Positions 55,310 to 64,000 of a stretch of DNA of 64,000 bases are shown in pieces. A model generated the notes under the pieces. The model was given only the letters and a program-made list of their open reading frames with translations. It did no database searches and was not told the origin of the DNA. The translations under genes were made by a program, and so were the position numbers. The stretch lies in NCBI GenBank assembly GCA_964016885.1, contig OZ024744.1, positions 28,396,001-28,460,000 on the forward strand, written 5' to 3'. Numbering within the stretch: position 1 is the stretch's first letter; every line of letters starts with the position of its first letter. Source of the DNA: Eledone cirrhosa. Its lineage: Eukaryota.

Positions 55310-55760
55310 TGTTGTTGTTGCTTCTTGGTTGTTGTTGTTGTTGGTGGTGAGGTGGGGTGGTAGTTGTTATGGTGGTAGTGGTGGTGAAGGTGATGGTTGT
55401 TGTTGAGGTGGAGTTGTGGTGTTTGTGGAGGTGGTGTTGATGGTGTTGCTACGGTGATGGTGGTGTTGCTGTGGTGGTGGTGGTGGTGGTGTGATAGTGG
55501 TGGTGGTGGAGGTAGTGGTGGTGGTGGTCGCGGTTGTGGTGTTCACAGTGGTGATTGTGGTTGCGGTTGCGGTTGCGATTGTTGTAGAGTTGGAGGCAGT
55601 GGTGCTGTGGTGGTGTTGATGGTGTTGCTGTGATGCTGGCGATGGCTGTGATGTTAGTGGTGATAATGGTAGTGGTGATAGTGGTGTGGTGGAGGTGGTG
55701 GTGGTAGTGGCTTTAGTGTTAGTTTGTTGTTACTGTTGGTGATGGTGATGAAGATAGCGA
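55310..55760. repeat. Degenerate (GGT/GTT)n low-complexity tract
   Basis: Seen directly. Confidence 0.85.
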
Positions 55761-56034
55761 TGATAATGTCTATAACACTGGACGTTAGCAATCAATGCAA
55801 ATATATATATTTTATATACCTTTTATTTATTTTCTGTGTGTTTTTGTTTAATTGTATTTTGTGTTTGTCTGTTCACTTATGAAAATGGCTACCAACTGGT
55901 CTCCTGTATCTTCCTGTCTCCTCTTGTCATATCATTTTTTGGTATTTTTTCCTTTATTTTTCGTTTGTTTGGAATCTTTTTTATGATTTTTTTCGCATGT
56001 TTATCTTCTATTTTCATTTTTTATTTAATTATCA

Positions 56035-56125
<91 letters not shown>

Positions 56126-56134
56126 GTTGTTATT

Positions 56135-56362
56135 CCTTGAATCTCAGTCATTGATGTTGGTTAACTGGAAAGTCCGTTGGATTGAATATCAAGCCACTAC
56201 CTGCAGCCTCAGATATTCAGGACGTATCGGAGGGTTCTTGCTGTTCCAAGCAAGCATGCCTTTTGAAGCGTTCCAAAAAGCGTGAAGGGGCCGATTTTCT
56301 TTAACCATCCCTGGAAACTTTTGGAGATAGTCCCCAGTGCGCCTATGACAATCGGGATCACT
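56135..56362 (-). mobile_element. 5'-truncated R4/Dong-type (restriction-like endonuclease) non-LTR element within (TAA)n
   Basis: 56361-56209 translates to VIPIVIGALGTISKSFQGWLKKIGPFTLFGTLQKACLLGTARTLRYVLNI*, the typical R4/Dong C-terminus. (TAA)n on both sides matches known Dong targeting. Confidence 0.85.
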
Positions 56363-56381
56363 ATTATTATTATTATTATTA

Positions 56382-56416
<35 letters not shown>

Positions 56417-56426
56417 GTTTTTTTTT

Positions 56427-56518
56427 ACACGCAGAAATGCCCATTTGTACCGTCCTGTATTGTCCTGTACTTTCCTTAATGTCTACTTTGTGTAAACCCT
56501 TATGGTTAATAAAGAAAG

Positions 56519-56520
<2 letters not shown>
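56427..56520 (+). mobile_element. ~95-nt 3'-terminal fragment of a related LINE with a (TTA)n tail (56521-56610)
   Basis: Ends CCCTTATGGTTAATAAAGAAAGCA-(TTA)n, compared with CCCCTGTGGCTAATAAAGAAATA-(TATC)n in E6. Confidence 0.5.
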
Positions 56521-56611
<91 letters not shown>

Positions 56612-57219
56612 CTAATGTGTGTTTTTTTTTCTATATTATTTCGTTTTTCGTTTTTTTTCCCGTTATATCACCATAATGTCATCAGCTATGACTAGCTCGA
56701 CTCTGTTCACTCTATGTGACGATGTGACTACATGTATTTTTATATAGATATTGTTGTTACACAGTAAATAAAACGAACAATTAGCTTTGTTTCATGCTGT
56801 GTCGACAGTGATATATACAGATTGCTAGGGTAAACAGATTGATAGGATAAACAGATTGATAGGATAAACAGATTGATTAACTGATTGGTTATTAGATATA
56901 TAAACAGTTGGACAGAGAGACAGACAGAGGGCTAGCCAGATAAATGGATAGATAAATATATAGATAGATATGTTTCTTTATTAGCCACAGGGGCACAAAA
57001 GAAGGGGAGAAGTTTACATACAAAGGGGGAAGTTTACATACAATAAAAACGTGTAAAATATTATCACAAATGCAATTGAAAAGTTAATCGATTTTTCCCC
57101 AATACGGGGAGGGAGACATTTCATATGGGTAACACATACCCCCGAAAAAATGTGCAACCCTCATCTCCAGGAATACGAAGAGTTTGTACCCCTTTCCTCT
57201 CTTCCTCCTTTTCCTCAAC

Positions 57220-60200
57220 CTACAGGCTGATATAGAGAGAAAGCCCATTCACTCGGGCCATTCTCGCCACTTTCACCCACCTTTCATAAAACTTGCTGGG
57301 GTACAGCACCTCGCCCTCCATCCTGATTCTTCTTCCAAAGTGGTATTTGAAAAAAAGAATCAGTTGTTGGCCGGAGAGAAAGGTGTCTGACCTCAGCCCT
57401 TTTAACCTCGTCCACCACACAACCTCTTTCGCCATAGCTATCACACAAAGGAAAACCGCCTCTCTTTCGTTTTTGAAGGAGGGTGGCGGTTTGACCATGA
57501 CAATGGACTCGGTGGTCAACCGGATTGGTCCCACTCGCGACAATAGTCGTTTTACATAGCTCCACAGGTGGGTAACGCCCGGGCAGTGTATGAATGCGTG
57601 CGCGACGGTTTCTTCGTCGCGCACGCATCTCGGACAGATCTTTTTCGAAGGGTCCCTGCCCGGGTGCCCATGTCTGTAGAGCTTGTCTCGAACTGGTAGA
57701 GCTCCTCGGTAGCACTGCCAGGCCAGGGACTTTTGGAAGATGTCCATCGGTCTCGGGCGGAAGGTCCTACCGAACAGACTGGCCAGTTCGTCTTCCTCTA
57801 CGCCCAGAGTTTCACCGAGCACGTCGTCACACTTGCTGCAGATCAACCCTCTATAGAATGACGAAGTGGAGTCTCCACAGATCGCCGGGTCCGTTTGCCA
57901 GAGAGCTGTGAGCGCCTGAGCACATTCGATTTGCCAGTCGCCCATTTTCCTCGGTCTTTGATTGACCCTGGACTGCAGCTCGGTCAACGAGACGAGTCGT
58001 GGGAAGGCTCGCCTCACGAACGGGTCCCACACTGGTTGTCCGGTGAGGAATACGTAGAGATGCCGCAGCCTTAGCGCGTGTTTGCGCATCGTCAGCCACG
58101 GCATCTCCAGCTCTCCGTTGGAAGGGTGTTGGCAGCAGATGGATCTTCTCACCAAAGGAGCCCGCCTCTTCCAAAGGAATTGGAAGAGCGCGCGCTCCAT
58201 TTTGGCGAGCGTTTTGGCTGGACAAGGCACGACGGTCAAGCGGTAGTAGATGGCGGACGCTATAAAAGTGTTCGCCACCTCCGCTCGACCTTTCAAGGAT
58301 AGTTTGCACTCGGCCCACTTCTGGGTGAGTGCAAACACCTTGGCCGTGACCTCGTTCCAGTTCTTCTCCACCTGGATGTCCGGACCAAACCAGACCCTGA
58401 GCAGCTTTACCGGTCCTTCCGTCCAGCGTCCGACGACGCCATCGGAAGGCATCGGTTTGCCTCTCCACGATCCGAGTTGGAAACCGATGGACTTGTTCCG
58501 GTTCAGCTTCGCTCCTGTGAACCTTTCGTATTCCTTCATTAAGGTGCCAACTTCCTCGATTTGCGAGGTGCTCTATACCATTACTGTCACGTGGTTGGCG
58601 TAGGCCGACGCCGCTTTCCGCAGTCCCGGTTCCAGAGGGATGCCCTGCAATAGCAGCTCCAGCTTCCGCAGTAGTGGCTCGAGAGTCAGTAGGTACAGAA
58701 GGGAGGAGACAGGGCCTCCCTGTCGAATGGACGGCTCTGAGAGGTAGCCGTTCACCTTGACCCTTGAGCAGATGTTGCCGTTGTGCATTGCAACAATCCA
58801 GCCCCTGAACACGGGTCCGAAGCCTGTCGCCTCGAGCACCGCATCCAGATAACGATGGTTAAACCTATCGAGAGCCTTTGACTGATCCAAGTTGATCAGG
58901 GCCTCACCGAAGCCGGGTTGCGATGTATCGCATGAGGTGGAGGTTGTCGTGTATGGACCTGGACGGTATTTCGCAGAACTTCGCCTCGCTGTCCGAGAAT
59001 CGCGGTAGGCCGTCGAGGTATAGACCGAAATCCATAGCCCCTCCCGACGCGCTGCCCTCCCCTAACAGCTGAGCAAAGTGCCGCTGGAAGGCCGCTCACA
59101 TCTGCTTCGGCTCACGAATTACGCGTCCGTCTTGGTCCTTCAAAGACCGAATCGTGGACTTGTTGTCACTTTTTGCCTCCGTCACCTGGGCCCAGCTAAC
59201 AGCTTTGGCTCCCTCGTTACCTAGAGCACATATTTTGCTTCTGACAACGCAGCCGTCGTGCTTTGCGTCGAAGAACTGGTCCAAGGCCGTTCTCGTTCCT
59301 AGCACGCTGGCTACGTTGCCACTTCTAATTGCCTCTTCTACTTTATCTATCAGTTCCTTCTCAGTCCTATTTCTATTTAACGCTAATTCTTTACTAAAAA
59401 TTAACGAGTTTAATCTAACTGCCCTTTTGAGAGAGTACCACCATCTGTTGTTGACAATGGCCCCCTGTCGAGTGCTGTTTAACTAAAGTGCTAATCCGTC
59501 TACTGTAGGCTTTGCATGTCGGTAACGACAAGTTCAGCTTCCAGTACCCGGGTCCTTGTCTATGGGTTCTATCAAGATTGACCATACAGGTCATTAGTTT
59601 GTGATCTGAATAGGCAACCATGAACATTTGTGGACAGCTTTATTTCTAACTAGATCCCTATCTAGGTATGATCTAGATGTTCCGGTGAGATTCGTCCACA
59701 TCCACAGTGGCACAGTCGGAAAATCTAATCGATATCTATCGGCCAGATCAAATCGGCCGATTAACTGTTTGAGGCTGTTACACCCCCTTTTATCAGGACA
59801 TGCTCCAACATACTGTCAACGTGCATCTAGGATTCCATTCCAGTCCCCCACTAAAAGCAAGGAGCGGGACGTTCCCAGAAAAGTCTCTAGACGTTTGAAG
59901 AAGTCTGGCCGCGGTGTCCCGGATGGGACATAAGCAGCCACCAGCCTGAAGGCTCCACCTTCACTACCGTCAACGTCTAGGACCACCAGTCGACCCTCTG
60001 GGTCCAGTTGTATCGTCTATGTTACGAGGTCCAGTTGTTTCCGCGGCTGACAGAGAGATGCGTAGATATCAAAGTCGTCGAAGATGGCGGCCAGCTGTCG
60101 CTCACTGTGGATCCTGGACTCGCAAATGGCTACTACGTCCATACTGTGCAACCTGAGGTCGTTTAAGAGTTTGCCCTGTTTCCAGGGCATCTTCAAGCCG

Positions 60201-60235
60201 CGTACATTCACACACCCAACTCTTATATTGGCCAT
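57220..60235 (-). pseudogene. E5 ORF2 (EN-RT-CCHC), disrupted; C-terminal 439 codons still open
   Basis: MANIRVGCVNVRGL, AICESRI, SDHKLM, GPGYWKLN, DQSKALDR, CPRCVRDEETVAHAFIHC. Confidence 0.93.
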
Positions 60236-60272
60236 GTTGGTGCTGAAATGTTAAAAGAAGAGAAAAGAAATC

Positions 60273-60280
60273 ACTCACCT
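60273..60280 (-). promoter_or_regulatory. Predicted 5' splice donor AG|GTGAGT overlapping the E5 ORF1 stop (TGA)
   Basis: Consensus GAG|GTGAGT. The stop is TGA rather than TAA but the GTRAGT consensus is kept. Confidence 0.55.
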
Positions 60281-61542
60281 CTTCGTCTCCTGGGGACCAG
60301 GCTGCGCAATGTCCATGGGGGTGTTGGAGGATTTGTTTGGTAGGGTGGTGGTTCCTGGCGGGGTGGGGACGGAGATGTTTGGTGGGGAGGGGGTGTCTGC
60401 TAGGGTGGGGTGGGTAAACGTTTCAAGAGGACGCGGTTCGTTGGTTTAACACACATATTCTCCACGTCATCAGCAACATTTTCCTTTAAGGATTTATGGG
60501 TGTCCGTAGGGACCCTAATCATCCTTAAATTAGGTTTGTCTTTACATTTGGTAAATTATTTTCCTTCAGTTTCCACGGAAGGGTTTTTGGAGATGACCTC
60601 CATCAAGGTTTTATTGTCAGTGTTTATGTATGTATAATATTTTTGTTGTGTTGTGTTAGTTTTTGTCTGTTGTTCTTGTGTGTGTTTTCGTTTTGTTGTG
60701 GTTATTTGTGTTTGGAGTGTTGCCATTATTTTGTTTTCGGGACGGGGGATTTTTGTTTCTAATGTTTGTGTTGTTTGTGTTGTTTGTGTTGTTTGTGTTG
60801 TTTGTGTTGGTGGTTGTGTGTTTGTTGCCTTTTTGTTCGTGTTATGTCTTTTTTTCCTTTTTTTTGGAGCGGAGGGGTTCTCCCTCATCATCACTGAGTG
60901 ATGACGAGGGGTCCTCGTCCGCTGTGGTATCTGTGTTATTTGGAAGAGGTTTATTTGGGGAGCTGTTGTGTTTGTGGGTGTTTTTGCAGTGGTTTTAGGT
61001 GGAGTGGGGTTGGGTGGGATTATGCTTGCAGTTTGGTTTATTGTTCTTGTTTTGGTTATGTTTCCGTGTTGTTGTTGTTGTTGTTGTTGCTGTGGTGGTT
61101 GTGTTGTTGTTTTGGGTGTTGGCAGTAGTGCCTCTTGTTTTTTTGTAGTTAGCTGAGGACAGTAAGCCTTCAGGTGACCACTGCTTAGACAGTGGTAACA
61201 TGAAGGCCGCCTACTCTCAACAGAAATGTTTATGTGTGAAATACCATCCAGAGGCACACGTTGGGGTATTTTAGCTATCCGTTCTGGCCTCATTTGGACC
61301 AGAACTTCCACGCTTGTACCATTGAATGTGCCTCTGGGGGACTTTTCCACGGAAATGAAGGTGTCTTCATCGAAATCGATGAAGCCAATCAAAATCCACC
61401 AAACGTTTACATTTGGTGCAATGTTCGAAATGTTTATCTTCTGGGTTCTTTTTCCCATGTATGTGGGGAAAAAGGTGTAAAGGGGGGACACAATCGGCGA
61501 CACAGAATAACTTTGTGCCGTCAATTGGTCTTTCAATAACAC
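60275..61542 (-). pseudogene. E5 ORF1, N-terminus deleted, disrupted
   Basis: TYMGKRTQKINI...VNVWWILIG; CYHCLSSGHLKAYC knuckle; ends MDIAQPGPQETKR* after a probable frameshift. Confidence 0.82.
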
Positions 61543-61791
61543 TGAAATGTAACAATGTGTGATTTACCGAAATGTAACAATGTGTGACTTACAGCGTTCG
61601 CTGTAAGTCACACATTGTTAAAGTTAGGAACATTTTAAAAACTTGTCAAGTTTTTAAAATTAAATTTCCGCCCCTGTGGGGCGAAAACTGAGATTACCAG
61701 CCAGCTGACAATTCAGCCTGGGTGTTAATCTATCAAACAATATAACATTTTACACAATGAATTCTGTTTTTGTATGGAAAATTTTACAAAA

Positions 61792-61800
61792 ACTTACCAG
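61792..61800 (-). promoter_or_regulatory. Predicted 5' splice donor CTG|GTAAGT ~25 nt from the E5 5' end
   Basis: Consensus donor; equivalent to 46914-46922. Confidence 0.5.
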
Positions 61801-61842
61801 CGATCTACCGCACGTCCGATCGAGAGATAGATAGATAGATAT

Positions 61843-63074
61843 ATTTCTTTATTAGCCACAGGGGCACAAAAGAAGGGGACAAATACAAAGGGGGAAGTTT
61901 ACATACAATAAAAACGTGTAAAATGTTATCACAGATGGAATTTAAAAGTTAGTCGATTTTCCCCAATAGAGGGAGACAGTTTATATGGGTAACACAGACC
62001 CCCGAAAAAAATGTGCAACCCTCATCTCCAGGAGTACGAAGAGCTTGTACTCCTTTCCTCTCCTCCTCCTTTTCCTCAACCTACAGGCTGATATAGAGAG
62101 AAGGCCCATTCACTCGGGCCATTCTCGCCACTTTCACCCACCTTTCATAAAACTTGCTGGGGTACAGCACCTCTCTCTCCATCCTGATTCTTCTTCCAAA
62201 GTGGTATTTGAAAAAAAGAATCAGTTGTTGGCCGGAGAGAAAGGTGTCTGACCTCAGCCCTTTCAACCTTGTCCACCATACAACCTCTTTCGCCATAGCT
62301 ATCACACAAAGGAAAACCGCCTCTCCTTCGTTTTTGAAGGAGGGTGGCGGTTTGATCATGACAATGGACTCGGTGGTCAACTGGATTGGTCCCACCCGCG
62401 ACAATAGTCGTTCCACATAGCCCCACAGGTCAGTGACGCCCGGGCAGTGTATGAATGCGTGCGCGACGGTTTCTTCGTCTCGCACGCACCTCGGACAGAT
62501 CTTTTTTGCAGGGTCCCTGCCCGGGCGCCCATGTCTGTAGAGCTTGTCTCGAACTGGTAGAGCTCCTCGGTAGCACTGCCAGGCCAGGGACTTTTGGAAG
62601 TTGTCCATCGGTCCCGGGCGGAAGGTCCTACCGAACAGACTGGCCAGTTCATCTTCCTCCACGCCTAGAGTTTCACCGAGCGCGTCGTCGCACTTGCTGC
62701 GGACCAACCCTCTATAGAATGACGAAGTGGAGTCTCCACTGATCGCCGGGTCCGCCTGCCAGAGGGCTGTGAGCGCCTGAGCACATTCGATGTGCCAGTC
62801 GCCCATTTTCCTCGGTCTCTGCTTGACCCAGGACTGCAGCTCGGTCAGCGAGACGAGTCGTGGGAAGGCTCGCCTCACGAACGGGGCCCACACCGGTTGT
62901 CCGGTGAGGAATACGTAGAGATGCCGCAGCCTGAGCGCGTGTTTGCGCATCGTCAACCACGGCATCCCCAGCCCTCCGTTAGAAGGGTGTTGGCAGCAGA
63001 TGGATCTTCTTACCAAAGGAGCCCGCCTCTTCCAAAGGAATCGGAAGAGGGCGCGCTCCATTTTGGCGAGCGTT
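61843..63074 (-). mobile_element. L1/Tx1-type LINE copy E6, 5'-truncated, ORF2 fragment uninterrupted (62081-63073); subfamily A, probably young
   Basis: Open frame TLAKMERALF...VNGPSLYISL*; (TATC)n on both sides. Confidence 0.94.
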
Positions 63075-63091
63075 GATAGATAGATAGATAT

Positions 63092-63166
<75 letters not shown>
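63075..63166 (-). repeat. (TATC)n tract: tail of E7 and apparent target of E6
   Basis: About 23 units lying directly between the E7 3' end and the E6 truncation point. Confidence 0.95.
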
Positions 63167-64000
63167 TGTTTCTTTTATTTGCCACCAGGGCATCAAAAGT
63201 GGGACAAGTACAAAGGGGGGAGTTTACACAAAAAGGCGTCCTCAATAAGGAGGAGGCAATAACAAAATATAAAAATAAAATAAAATATAACAAAAAATAA
63301 AATTTATAACAAAATCCTCAATAGAGAGGAGGCGCCTTGGGGGGTCGCACACACCCCCGAAAAAAGTGTGCAACCCTTTTCCTCAGGAGCACAGAGAGGG
63401 GGTGCTCCCTCGTTCCTTCCTCTTTTCCACCTACAGGCTTATGTAAAGAGAAGGCCCATTCACACGGGCCATTCTCGCCACTTTCACCCACCTTTCATAA
63501 AAACGACTGGGGTGGAGCACCTCTCTCTCCATCCTGATCCTTCTTCCGAAATGATATCGGAAGAAACGGACCAGTTGTTGGCCAGAGAGAAAGGTGCCTG
63601 ACCTCAGTCCTTTCAGACGCGTCCACCATACAACCTCTTTCGCCATGGCTATTACGCACAGAAACACCGCCTCTGCTTCATCTTTGAAGGGGGAGGCGGC
63701 TTGATCATTACAATAGACTCGGTGGTCAACCGGATCGGTCCCACCCTTGACAGCAGTTGTTCGACATAGCCCCACAGATCGGCTACGCCCGAGCAGTGTA
63801 CCAATGCGTGTGCAACGGTTTCCTCGTCGCACACGCATCTGGGACAGATCTTTTTGGCGGGGTCCCTACCCGGGCGCCCGTGTCTGTAGAGCCTTTCTCG
63901 AACGGGTAAAGCCCCTCGGTAGCACTGCCAGGCCAGGGAATTCTGGAAGTTGTCCATAGGTCCCGGGCTGAATGTCCTACCGAACAGGCTGGCCAGTTCG
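63167..64000 (-). mobile_element. L1/Tx1-type LINE copy E7, 3' part (continues past the window); subfamily B
   Basis: ORF2 C-terminus (stop at 63431); 3' UTR closely matches E3. Confidence 0.93.

Larger units (their letters stand above)
56971..61824 (-). mobile_element. L1/Tx1-type LINE copy E5, apparently retaining both ends but with internal deletions; subfamily A
   Basis: 5' leader, partial ORF1, 39-nt spacer, ORF2 (deletion near 58965), 3' UTR with AATAAA and TATC tail. Confidence 0.93.

Noticed and set aside
61960-62083. ORF2 stop-codon readthrough into VEEKEEERKGVQALRTPGDEGC
   Set aside because: The frame is not preserved in E2 or subfamily B, and TAG-G is not a recognised leaky context.
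62081-63196. 371-aa ORF running from the E7 3' UTR through (YLSI)n into E6 ORF2
   Set aside because: This is a chance in-frame fusion across a stop-free (TATC)n tract, and it lacks EN and RT.
41357-64000. HeT-A/TART-like telomere-maintenance array
   Set aside because: The chains are interrupted by unrelated DNA and are explained by insertion into TATC tails; there is no evidence of a chromosome end.

Overview
Gene-free, repeat-saturated animal genomic DNA. The SINE at ~39.7 kb resembles the octopus tRNA-derived SINE families, so a cephalopod source is likely (inferred from recognition, not from a search). Bases 1-29.6 kb are one giant (GTT)n-derived satellite with nested periodicity (3 nt, 9 nt, ~33-51 nt units, kb-scale blocks); the dozens of V/L/C/T/N-rich ORFs there are artefacts. 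Bases 30-41 kb are microsatellites, Penelope-like terminal remnants with degenerate hammerhead-ribozyme cores and fold-back inverted repeats, two non-autonomous Helitrons, SINEs and minisatellites. Bases 34-64 kb hold seven decayed copies, from about four subfamilies, of an L1/Tx1-type LINE. All are on the minus strand, all end in a (TATC)n tract, and six are stacked head-to-tail in two triplets. A 5'-truncated R4/Dong-type element also sits in a (TAA)n tract. The most notable observation concerns the LINE. A consensus 5' splice site (AG|GTRAGT-like) overlaps the ORF1 stop codon in all three copies that retain it. A 3' splice-site-like sequence (pyrimidine tract-TAG|G, then a purine-rich run) lies at the ORF2 end in all seven copies, overlapping the ORF2 stop codon in six. 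A further donor (G|GTAAGT) lies ~25-30 nt from the 5' end of both copies that retain a 5' end. ORF2 therefore appears to lie precisely inside a built-in intron. This is an inference from sequence motifs and needs RNA evidence.
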